A DNA stretch of 64,000 bases from Eubacteriales bacterium. GTDB taxonomy: Bacteria; Bacillota; Clostridia; Oscillospirales; SIG627. Location of the stretch: NCBI GenBank assembly GCA_045602025.1, contig JAZSAT010000046.1, forward strand, positions 8,778 through 72,777, given 5' to 3'. The number at the start of each line of letters is the position of its first letter. Position 1 is the stretch's first letter. The position numbers were made by a program, and so were the translations under genes. The notes beneath the pieces are model-generated. The model searched no databases. It was given only the letters and a program-made list of their open reading frames with translations, and was not told the origin of the DNA. Shown piece after piece: positions 48,632 to 56,795 of the stretch.

Positions 48632-48973
48632 TCAATCTAAAACAACGGACTTTTTATTGCCGTTCTTTTTTCTCGGATATTCTCTGATACGGATGATAAA
48701 ATCAAGGTTCAGTGCTTCATCTTTGCCGTCTTTTTCCAAAAGAACAGAACTGTCAAGCACTTCTTTTATAATGCCGATATACTGCGTACCGTCATAAGAA
48801 TAAACGATGCATTCTTTATCTATAAATCTTTTTGCAAGTTCTTTCATTTGACCGTTGCCTCCCAAATTCTTTTTATTCAATATTTTTCTAATAATTGTGG
48901 CCTTTTTTCTTTTGCGAAACATGATAAAAATGATAATCCAAAGAAAAATGATTGGTATATAAGCAGGATTCAT
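48632..48973 (-). CDS. hypothetical membrane-anchored protein
   Basis: Start at MNPAYIPIIFLWIIIFIMF behind AGAGGTG. One N-terminal TM segment and a soluble C-terminal part of about 70 aa. Confidence 0.5.
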   Translation of the reverse strand: MNPAYIPIIFLWIIIFIMFRKRKKATIIRKILNKKNLGGNGQMKELAKRFIDKECIVYSYDGTQYIGIIKEVLDSSVLLEKDGKDEALNLDFIIRIREYPRKKNGNKKSVVLD

Positions 48974-49285
48974 TTTATCACCTCTGAAAGAATTCGTTTG
49001 CTTGCTCATTATATAACAAAGTTCTGCTTTTTTCAATAAAAAATATAAAATCTTAAACACCCGTCAAACGAGTGACTCGCAAAAGGGCAATCAAACTGTG
49101 TGTTCGAACCCCTGCATATTTTTAATGAATTATTTTCTTGCGGGAAATATGAAAACCTCCTGACGGATTATGAAATTTTCTACTATCGCAGAAAGCGAAA
49201 TAAAACTCGTTCCTTTGTATGCCGTAAGCATATTTTACATTTGCGAAGCAATATTTCTCCCATCAGCAAGGTAGATTTCATTGAA

Positions 49286-49315
49286 AAAAGACCTTGTCAA
49301 AAGACAAGGTCTTTT
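49286..49315 (-). terminator. intrinsic terminator
   Basis: AAAAGACCTTGTC-AAAA-GACAAGGTCTTTT, downstream of the 70-aa ORF. Confidence 0.7.
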
Positions 49316-49359
49316 CGCTGCTGTTCCGAACCATTTAGATGCCACTTTAAAAAGCAAGA

Positions 49360-49572
49360 TTATTTCAAAACAGTCATTAAAATCATACAAATCGCCATAA
49401 GCACACTGACAATACTTGTTGCATAAAGGTAGGGATTCAATTTATTTCCTAAGGTTTCTACCGTGTCATCCTTGCTTTTCTTTAGCAGATATATCATTCT
49501 AATAAACATTGCAATATCTATCGTTAGGAACACTCCCGCAAAAATAAGAGGAATCAATACATCCAAATCCAT
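49360..49572 (-). CDS. small membrane protein (70 aa, 2 TM)
   Basis: MDLDVLIPLIFAGVFLTIDIAMFIRMIYLL...SIVSVLMAICMILMTVLK, with AAGGAG upstream. Confidence 0.5.
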   Translation of the reverse strand: MDLDVLIPLIFAGVFLTIDIAMFIRMIYLLKKSKDDTVETLGNKLNPYLYATSIVSVLMAICMILMTVLK

Positions 49573-49834
49573 TAATTTATCTCCTTATAAAATCTTAATA
49601 ATCGTGAATTTATTTTAACTTGAAACTATTAAAAATGCAAGATTTATCTCCACTCGGTCATTGATTCCACCTTGAAGGAGGTTTTGGTGATATTTCGCCG
49701 CAGTCGTATTTTACTTCTACACTATTCACTATTACTTATTACCTTCCAAAAATCCTCGTAGATAAGAGAAAAGTGAAGAGTGAAAAAGTAATAGTGAAAA
49801 AGTAAAAATCCCAGTGCTTTCGCACGAGGATTTT

Positions 49835-49919
49835 TGGTGGGGGAAGGTGGATTCGGACCACCGAAGTCAGTGACAACAGATTTACAGTCTGCCCCCTTTG
49901 GCCGCTCGGGAATTCCCCC
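49835..49919 (-). tRNA. tRNA-Tyr (anticodon GUA)
   Basis: The reverse complement is GGGGGAATTCCCGAGCGGCCAAAGGGGGCAGACTGTAAATCTGT...GGTGGTCCGAATCCACCTTCCCCCACCA. It forms a cloverleaf with a long variable arm. Confidence 0.9.
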
Positions 49920-49941
49920 ATATCGTATTTTATTGTGTCGC

Positions 49942-50017
49942 TGGAGCTGGTGAAGGGACTTGAACCCCCAACCTGCTGATTACAAATCAGCTGCTCTGCC
50001 AATTGAGCTACACCAGC
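49942..50017 (-). tRNA. tRNA-Thr (anticodon UGU)
   Basis: The reverse complement is GCTGGTGTAGCTCAATTGGCAGAGCAGCTGATTTGTAATCAGCAGGTTGGGGGTTCAAGTCCCTTCACCAGCTCCA. Confidence 0.9.
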
Positions 50018-50040
50018 GTAACTCACCGGCGACGACTGAT

Positions 50041-50069
50041 ATACTAACATATTCCACGGAGTTTGTCAA
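50041..50069 (-). promoter_or_regulatory. sigma-A type promoter for tRNA-Thr/tRNA-Tyr
   Basis: Minus strand: TTGACA (50064-50069), 17 nt spacer, TAGTAT (50041-50046), about 23 nt upstream of tRNA-Thr. Confidence 0.6.
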
Positions 50070-50132
50070 GATATTTTTTTAAAAATTGCAATAATATTTT
50101 TTTCATTTTTTACAAAAAATGAGGAAGTTCTC

Positions 50133-50162
50133 TTGAAATACTCACTCTTGCCGTGGTATAAT
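50133..50162 (+). promoter_or_regulatory. promoter of the three-gene TerB/ATPase/helicase operon
   Basis: TTGAAA (50133-50138), 18 nt spacer, extended -10 TGGTATAAT (TATAAT at 50157-50162). Confidence 0.55.
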
Positions 50163-50200
50163 AATATAATACCTAAATTACACGCGGAAAGGAGATCATT

Positions 50201-51793
50201 TTGAAAAAAGACGAATACTGGTCTATTGACCGATTACTTCCCAAAATTCAATCCTCCTTTAGCGAAAAGCAAAATAAAAATGTACCTTTATCTTCTTTAG
50301 AATCCAAGGAGTCTGACAAGCATTACGAAAAGATCGTTTGCCCCAAAAACTCGCGCGTGATCCGCCATTATAAATTGACAAAGCCCGAATTTCCCAAAAA
50401 CAACTTGATTCTTGAAGTTCCAACGGAAGAAAAAAAGACCTTTGTCCCCTGCTCGCTTTTTTCTCCTACAATGTTATCACTGAACAAAGAGCAGAGAGCT
50501 TACTTTTTCTTTTTCTGCTCTGCAGTTGAAAAGAGACACAAGGTAGAAACAAGCTTTTCCTATATTGTTCTTTATCTCTGCAGAATGTTAAGAAAAATCG
50601 AGCTTTTAAGAAGCATCCCCGATGATATTTTTTGGCTTTGGGAAAATTACCGTCAGGATTTCCCTCTTGCCGACAAGCTTTTTGCCGATACGGTCAGTGA
50701 TTTTTGTTTCTATAAGGGCATCATCATTCCTTTTGAAAAAGTAGGAAGCATTGTATGCAAAAAGGATTTTCTGATCCGACCTTTTCTTCTTGATCCTTAT
50801 ATTTTTGACTATCTCTTTGCCGAGGATCACAAATTAACACCTACAGAGATCAATTTTCTGATTCGCATTCTATCGGGCGACGGTTTTCGGAAAACCAAGG
50901 CTTACCGTGCAAACGCCACCTACGCGATGGCAACGGAAGAAGCAATGAACAAAGCCTTTACAAGAGGGCTTTTTAACAAAAAAAGCTTAAATGAAAGCCT
51001 TTTTTCCATTCAGATCCCCTCTCAGGTTCACACAATAAGAAAGCTTTTTTCCGCTTTGCCCGCTGCTGAAGCACCTCAGATCGAGATCAATTTATGCTAT
51101 CTGCCTCTCCTTCACGACAACAACATTCACGACCGTTGTGATGAGATCCTGAAATACCTCGACAACAGGATCCGCGCCATCTTAAAAATAAAAAATGCAC
51201 TTTCACGCATTCACATCTCTATCGAGCACCGTGTTTTTTTAGAAGAGATACTGAATGAGTTTCAGCATCTTGCGCCGCAAGCGCAAAACGATATCACCTT
51301 CGAAAAGGCAACGCCAAGAGCTTCGCTTCCGAAAAGGAAGATCGAAGTGGATACCGAGAAAGCAGCTCAAATTGAAGAGGATTCCTGGCTTTTAACGCAA
51401 AAGCTTACAGAATCTTATTCAGAGGAAGGGATAGAAAGCATCACCATCGGAGGTGATGCAGAACCCGACTTTGACGAAGTTATTGAAAAAAATCTTTCCA
51501 AGAGCATTCGATCGGGCACAGATCCCGAAAGCGGTGAATTTTGGGAGTTTGCCGCCCTTCTTTCTCCGGAAGAGGATTTGTTTATGTCTTATTCCGTAAA
51601 CCTTGGAAAGGACAGAGCAAGAGAATACGCCCTTTCCATCGGTATGTTTTACGAAGGTATGGTGAGCACCTGTAATGAAAAAGCTCTGGATGCCACAGGA
51701 GATAATGTAATGACTCCCTTTGGGGAAATTTTCCCCGAATATTTATCCGAATTAAAGGAAGTTTTCCCCGAAATGAAAGGAGAAACAAAATGA
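50201..51793 (+). CDS. TerB-N / TerB-C domain protein (Shango SngA-like)
   Basis: 530 aa, TTG start 6 nt after AAGGAG. FVPCSLFSPTMLSLNKEQRAYFFFF...SFSYIVLYLCRML fits the TerB-N pattern as I recall it (FVP..Y.PTY..M...Q..Y.YWR....SYIF.Y.YE). The C-terminus (EFWEFAALLSPEE...CNEKALDATGDNVM) is TerB-C-like. No TM segment. Confidence 0.6.
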   Translation: MKKDEYWSIDRLLPKIQSSFSEKQNKNVPLSSLESKESDKHYEKIVCPKNSRVIRHYKLTKPEFPKNNLILEVPTEEKKTFVPCSLFSPTMLSLNKEQRAYFFFFCSAVEKRHKVETSFSYIVLYLCRMLRKIELLRSIPDDIFWLWENYRQDFPLADKLFADTVSDFCFYKGIIIPFEKVGSIVCKKDFLIRPFLLDPYIFDYLFAEDHKLTPTEINFLIRILSGDGFRKTKAYRANATYAMATEEAMNKAFTRGLFNKKSLNESLFSIQIPSQVHTIRKLFSALPAAEAPQIEINLCYLPLLHDNNIHDRCDEILKYLDNRIRAILKIKNALSRIHISIEHRVFLEEILNEFQHLAPQAQNDITFEKATPRASLPKRKIEVDTEKAAQIEEDSWLLTQKLTESYSEEGIESITIGGDAEPDFDEVIEKNLSKSIRSGTDPESGEFWEFAALLSPEEDLFMSYSVNLGKDRAREYALSIGMFYEGMVSTCNEKALDATGDNVMTPFGEIFPEYLSELKEVFPEMKGETK

Positions 51794-53127
51794 GTGAAGA
51801 TAAAAGAATCAAAATTCCAAAAAGGATTCTCGGCACTCTTCTTAACTCTGCAGGTGCAGGTGTAGTTCCGAGACAAGGCCTTGAATATATTGCTATCGGC
51901 AGAGAAAAAGAGATTGAAGCTTTGATCCGCGATCTGGATAACATCGCTCTTGGCATGGGTGCTTTTCGTTTTCTTGTAGGAAAATACGGTAGCGGTAAAA
52001 GCTTTTTGATGGGTCTTGTTCGCGCAAACGCCCAGGAAAAAGGTTTTGTGATCGCAGATTCCGACCTTTCTCCCGAAAGAAGATTTCACGGTACCGGTGG
52101 GCAAGGACTTGCCACATTCCGTGAGCTGATCCGCAACCTTTCCACAAAATCATCTCCCGACGGGAATGCTCTTCCTTCCATTCTCGGTGCTTGGTTCTCT
52201 TCTCTTCAGATGAAGGGTATCAGTGAAATGGGCTTTTCTCCCAATTCCGAGGAATTAAACAAGTTTGTGGAAAAAGAAGTTTTTCTTGTTTCCCGCACGC
52301 TTCAGGGAAATGTAAACGGATTTGATTTTGCAAAAGTATTGTATGCATACTTTACCGCTTATGTAGCGGGAGATGATGCACTTTTAGAAGATGCTCTGCG
52401 GTGGCTTAGAGGAGAATTCAGCGGGAAGCTGCAAGCACGAAGCTCCCTTCTTCACATTAATTCTGTAATTGATGATCAAAACTGGTACGATTATTTAAAG
52501 CTCTACGCAGTCTTCTTCCGACAGATCGGCTATAAGGGCTTTGTCCTTCTCATTGACGAATGTGTAAATCTTTATAAGATCCTCAACCGTATTTCAAGAG
52601 AAAACAACTATGAAAAAATCCTTTCCATGTTTAATGACACAATGCAGGGAAAGGCTGAGGGGCTAGGCATTTTTCTGGGTGCAACCCCGCAAATGATCGA
52701 AGACCCAAGGCGCGGCCTCTACAGCTACGAAGCACTAAAAAGCAGACTGATCCCTGGGAAATTTATTCCGGACGGAAAACAGAATCTTCTTTCCCCCTTG
52801 ATCTACCTGCAAAGGCTTTCCGACAATGAGATCTTTGCCCTTTGCAAGCGTCTTCTTCTGCTTCATTCCTCTTATTACAATTACTCTCCCAAGATCTGTG
52901 ATGAGGATATTCTTTCTTTTTTAAATGTTGCTCTTGAAAAAATGGGAGCAAATGAAATGATAACCCCCCGTGAAGTTACCAGAGATTTTCTGAATATTCT
53001 TGATATTCTCTTCACAGATGAAAACACTGTTTTTTCTGACCTTGTCGTAAAAACCACCTTTGAAACCTCGGATATCGAGGAAGAGGATGAGGAGGATTTT
53101 TTCAACTTAAGTGAGATCCGTTTATGA
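51790..53127 (+). CDS. P-loop ATPase, DUF2791 / BrxC-BrxD-like (Shango SngB-like)
   Basis: 445 aa. ATGA overlap with the upstream gene. GVVPRQGLEYIAIGREKEI precedes Walker A GKYGSGKS (51979-52002). Walker B is FVLLIDE. Confidence 0.7.
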   Translation: MSEDKRIKIPKRILGTLLNSAGAGVVPRQGLEYIAIGREKEIEALIRDLDNIALGMGAFRFLVGKYGSGKSFLMGLVRANAQEKGFVIADSDLSPERRFHGTGGQGLATFRELIRNLSTKSSPDGNALPSILGAWFSSLQMKGISEMGFSPNSEELNKFVEKEVFLVSRTLQGNVNGFDFAKVLYAYFTAYVAGDDALLEDALRWLRGEFSGKLQARSSLLHINSVIDDQNWYDYLKLYAVFFRQIGYKGFVLLIDECVNLYKILNRISRENNYEKILSMFNDTMQGKAEGLGIFLGATPQMIEDPRRGLYSYEALKSRLIPGKFIPDGKQNLLSPLIYLQRLSDNEIFALCKRLLLLHSSYYNYSPKICDEDILSFLNVALEKMGANEMITPREVTRDFLNILDILFTDENTVFSDLVVKTTFETSDIEEEDEEDFFNLSEIRL

Positions 53128-55319
53128 CAGAAAATCTGAATGAAAAGGCAAAAAAAGCATTTGCTCTTTTTTCGCCTTTTATCAAAAACTATATTTACCA
53201 AAACGGTTGGAATGAGCTAAGAGAGGTTCAGATCAAAGCAGCGGAAAAGATCTTCTTTACCGAGGATCATCTTCTTATTTCCTCCGAAACGGCCTCAGGA
53301 AAAACAGAGGCTGCCCTCTTTCCCATTCTTTCTATGATGGAAAAGGAATCGTATGAAAACTTTTCCGTACTATACATTTCGCCCTTGAAATCCTTGATCA
53401 ACGATCAATTTTCAAGAATGGAATATCTCTTAAATGAAAGTGGAATGCCTGTTTACCGCTGGCACGGGGATGTTTCCAAAAGCCATAAGGACGCTTTTTT
53501 GAAAAAGCCCGGCGGACTGATCCAGATCACGCCGGAATCCTTGGAAAGCATGCTGATGAACCGCGCCAATGATATTCCTCGTCTTTTCGGAGGTGTGAAA
53601 TTCATCATCATTGATGAGATCCACGCGCTGATGGGATCTGACCGAGGCGGACAGATCCTATGCCAAATGGAACGAATTGAAAAGCTGATCTCCTTTGAAC
53701 CCCGAAGGATCGGTCTTTCCGCTACCGTAGGAAAGCCGGAGGAATGCGGTGCGTGGCTGAAGGGCAAAAGCGAAAGATTATGCAGCATTGTTCAGATCAA
53801 GTCAAAGGATTATTCCTGGAAGCTTGGTCTTGAGCATTTTTACATTACGGAGGAGAGCGAAGAAAAAGGCTTTACTCCCGCCGACACCTTTATATATACC
53901 GCTACAAAGGGTGAAAAATGTATTGTGTTTTCCGACTCACGCGAAGAAACGGAATACATCACTGCAACCTTGCGTCAGCTTGCAAAAAAGAAAGGTGAAG
54001 AAGACCGCTTTTATATTCACCACGGAAACCTTTCCGCCGCGATCCGTGAAGAGGTGGAGGACAGTCTCCGCTCCGATGATAAAAACATCACTGCGTGCGC
54101 AACGGTAACACTTGAGCTTGGAATTGACATAGGCCGATTAAAACGGATCATCAATCAAGGCGCGCCAAACTCTGTTTCCGGATTTTTACAAAGGCTTGGC
54201 AGAAGCGGCCGAAGAGGTGCCCCCCCTGAAATGCTTATGGTATTTCGAGAAGATGAGACCTTGCCCAACGCCCCCATTTATCAATTGATCCCGTGGGAGC
54301 TTCTGCAAGGCATTGCAATTATCGAACTTTACAGAAAAGAAAGATGGATCGAGCCTGCAGGAGATAAAAAAATGCCTGCAAGTCTGATTTTCCATCAAAC
54401 GCTCTCCGTCCTCGCCTCCAAGGGAAGCCTTACTGCTCAAAGATTGGCAAAGGAAGTCCTTTCCCTTTCCCCATTTTCCAATTTCACAAAAGAACAGTAC
54501 AGGGATCTTCTGATCCATATGCTGAAAAACGACTATCTTGAATTAACCGATGAGAAAGAATTGATTGTAGGTCTCAAGGGTGAAAGAATGCTTTCCAGCT
54601 TTAAATTCTACGCGGTCTTTAAAGACAGTGAGGACTTTACCGTTCGTCATGGGTCGGAAGAGATCGGAAGCATTACCTCTACCCCTCCCATCGGTGAGAG
54701 ATTTGCTCTTGCAGGAAGAGTTTGGTCTGTAGAAGAAATCGATGTTTCCAAAAAGCTGATCTATGTTACTCCCGTAGAAGGAAAAATGAAGATTTCCTGG
54801 CCCGGTGACAACGGATTTATTCATACAAAAATTCTTGAAAAAATGCAAGAAGTCCTTTCTTCCGACGAAGCATACCCCTATCTTTTACCAAAGGCTGCAA
54901 AAAGATTGGAGGAAGCACGGCGGCTTGCGAAGAAAACAGGTGCCTGTGAAAAGCCGATCATAAGCCTTGGCGGAAACAGTTTTGTGTTCTTTCCTTGGCT
55001 TGGTACAAAAGCTTTTCAGGCATTAAAAAGACTTCTGCAAAAAGAAGCTTCTCCTCTTGACCTGTTTGATATACAAAGCGGACTCTGCTACTACATTACA
55101 TTTAAATCAGAAAATTCAACTCCGGAATTGATTCTATCAAAGCTGAAAGAAAAGCTATCGGTCGAGAAGCTTAACCCGGAAAGCCTTGTAACCAAAACCG
55201 AGTACCCTTCCTATGACAAATTTGATCCCTGTCTTCCCCACGGACTACTGATCGAATCCTTTGCGAAAAACAGGCTTGATCTTCAGGAGGTCAGGAATAA
55301 ATTTGAAAAGAGGTTATAA
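53124..55319 (+). CDS. Lhr-like DEAD/DEAH-box SF2 helicase (Shango SngC-like)
   Basis: 731 aa. ATGA overlap with the ATPase gene. Motif I ETASGKTEAA, motif II IIDEIH, motif III LSATVG, motif VI QRLGRSGRR. The C-terminal ~300 aa look like a winged-helix / DEAD-associated region. Confidence 0.8.
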   Translation: MTENLNEKAKKAFALFSPFIKNYIYQNGWNELREVQIKAAEKIFFTEDHLLISSETASGKTEAALFPILSMMEKESYENFSVLYISPLKSLINDQFSRMEYLLNESGMPVYRWHGDVSKSHKDAFLKKPGGLIQITPESLESMLMNRANDIPRLFGGVKFIIIDEIHALMGSDRGGQILCQMERIEKLISFEPRRIGLSATVGKPEECGAWLKGKSERLCSIVQIKSKDYSWKLGLEHFYITEESEEKGFTPADTFIYTATKGEKCIVFSDSREETEYITATLRQLAKKKGEEDRFYIHHGNLSAAIREEVEDSLRSDDKNITACATVTLELGIDIGRLKRIINQGAPNSVSGFLQRLGRSGRRGAPPEMLMVFREDETLPNAPIYQLIPWELLQGIAIIELYRKERWIEPAGDKKMPASLIFHQTLSVLASKGSLTAQRLAKEVLSLSPFSNFTKEQYRDLLIHMLKNDYLELTDEKELIVGLKGERMLSSFKFYAVFKDSEDFTVRHGSEEIGSITSTPPIGERFALAGRVWSVEEIDVSKKLIYVTPVEGKMKISWPGDNGFIHTKILEKMQEVLSSDEAYPYLLPKAAKRLEEARRLAKKTGACEKPIISLGGNSFVFFPWLGTKAFQALKRLLQKEASPLDLFDIQSGLCYYITFKSENSTPELILSKLKEKLSVEKLNPESLVTKTEYPSYDKFDPCLPHGLLIESFAKNRLDLQEVRNKFEKRL

Positions 55320-55322
55320 AGA

Positions 55323-55356
55323 AAAAAGCATTTGCCGAAATCGGCAAATGCTTTTT
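55323..55356. terminator. bidirectional intrinsic terminator
   Basis: AAAAAGCATTTGCCG-AAA-TCGGCAAATGCTTTTT. Confidence 0.8.
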
Positions 55357-55357
55357 C

Positions 55358-56035
55358 TTATAGGGTTGTATTTCCGCCGTAGCTGACAGCTCCCGCATCG
55401 ATTACTCCTTCCATTTTTGAAATTTCTTCGATCAGGGAAAGGGTTTCATCGGTAAGCCTTGTTTCAAGAGAAAGCTCTACGGTATCGCCCGAAACAGATT
55501 TTGATCTCACTTGTACCCTTTCAAGAGAGGCAATGGCATCTTCCACTGTATCACCGAAGCCTACGCGATATCGGATCACAAGAAGATACGAATTATTTGT
55601 CCTCTTTTTTGAAAAAAAGTAAAATGCAAGATACAAAATACCAAGACATAAATTTGTAATAAGAGAAATATAAACAAGTCCCGCTCCTGCCATGATACCC
55701 ACGCTGATCGCCCAAAACATAAACACGGTGTCAGTCGGATCCTTAACCGCAGTACGGAAGCGCACAATAGAAAGTGCTCCAACCATACCGAGGGAAAGAG
55801 CAAGATTCGTAGTCACGGTCATAATTACAACACTGGTTACCATAGACAAAAGCAAAAGAGAAAATGTAAAATTTTTATTCAGAGAAACACCTTGGTAAGT
55901 AATACGGTAGACCATAATCACATAAAGTGAGAGAAAAAAAGATACCAAAAGACCCGTGGCAATACGATCGCCTGTCATCGTCGATTGAAATTCATTTTCA
56001 AAGGTGGTACGAAAAAAATCAAAAACAATATTCAT
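55358..56035 (-). CDS. DUF4956-like membrane protein
   Basis: 225 aa. Four TM segments in the N-terminal half and a soluble C-terminal half. Downstream partner of the VTC-domain gene. Confidence 0.55.
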   Translation of the reverse strand: MNIVFDFFRTTFENEFQSTMTGDRIATGLLVSFFLSLYVIMVYRITYQGVSLNKNFTFSLLLLSMVTSVVIMTVTTNLALSLGMVGALSIVRFRTAVKDPTDTVFMFWAISVGIMAGAGLVYISLITNLCLGILYLAFYFFSKKRTNNSYLLVIRYRVGFGDTVEDAIASLERVQVRSKSVSGDTVELSLETRLTDETLSLIEEISKMEGVIDAGAVSYGGNTTL

Positions 56036-56044
56036 ATATTCTCC

Positions 56045-56722
56045 TTAGTACAAAACCTCTCTGCAAAGGCAAAATTTCGAAATGGCGCATGGGATTTTGG
56101 GTATATCATAAAGTAGCTTTGAAAGATACGGCGGAAAATCAGAATCATACTTAATTTCAAGGATTGCTTTTCCACTCTCTATAGCAGGAACGGAGAAAGT
56201 TTTTTCATCAAGCTCATTTCTGAAAGCGGATGCCGAAACCCAGGTGTCGATTGTAATACGAACATTCCCAAAAGGATGCAAAAACGCACTTCGGTAATAG
56301 TCTACAAACAAAAGAGGTCTGAAGCCTTCCGAAAGAATTTTGTTTGAGATCTCTTCTTCCAAGGCACCGCCTGCTGAGAAAACATCCGGCTTTCTTTTAA
56401 TCAAAGCACAAGCCTTCGCAAGCGAAATGGTTTCAAAGGCTTTAAAAGACTTTTTTCCGATCTTTTCTTTTTTTTCGAGGCGGATATAAGAAAGGTCTCT
56501 ATTATAAAAACGAATGCGATATTTTGCGCGCTTTTCAAGCCCGTTTATCTTATCAAAATAAGCGGAGGACAAAGGGTCCTCAAAATAAAGACTTCGGATA
56601 TGATAGGCACCCCTATCGGGAGTGTGGTCATCCTTTCTCAAAGCAATGTGAAAGCGGCTATTCAAACGATGTGCATCGGCTGAATTGATATAAAATTTCA
56701 GCTCGTTTCTTGCTCCTATCAT
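56045..56722 (-). CDS. VTC-domain (polyphosphate-polymerase-like / triphosphate tunnel) protein
   Basis: Start at MIGARNELKFYI. It contains YHIRSLYFED and KYRIRFY...IRLEKKEK, alternating basic beta-strands of the CYTH/VTC type. TTGACA-17-TAGAAT promoter at 56754-56782. Confidence 0.6.
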   Translation of the reverse strand: MIGARNELKFYINSADAHRLNSRFHIALRKDDHTPDRGAYHIRSLYFEDPLSSAYFDKINGLEKRAKYRIRFYNRDLSYIRLEKKEKIGKKSFKAFETISLAKACALIKRKPDVFSAGGALEEEISNKILSEGFRPLLFVDYYRSAFLHPFGNVRITIDTWVSASAFRNELDEKTFSVPAIESGKAILEIKYDSDFPPYLSKLLYDIPKIPCAISKFCLCREVLY

Positions 56723-56795
56723 AATCACCGCTTTCTTTTCATATTCTGTAAAAAACATTCTAACAAACACCACCCTGTTTGTCAACAAAGGAGAT

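Noticed and set aside
49100-49130. GTTCGAACCCC, a T-arm-like string suggesting a tRNA fragment or att site
   Set aside because: The flanking bases do not form a T-stem or an acceptor stem on either strand, and there is no matching repeat elsewhere in the window.
49687-49761. 24-codon ORF with a strong GAAGGAGG RBS on the plus strand, within the inverted-repeat region
   Set aside because: It is very short, the peptide is unremarkable, and it overlaps repeat arms. The RBS-like string may be coincidental.
49739-50050. 103-aa ORF on the minus strand
   Set aside because: It is a read-through translation of the tRNA-Thr and tRNA-Tyr genes (the peptide contains the AQLAEQLICNQQVGGSSP stretch derived from tRNA sequence). 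It is not a protein gene.
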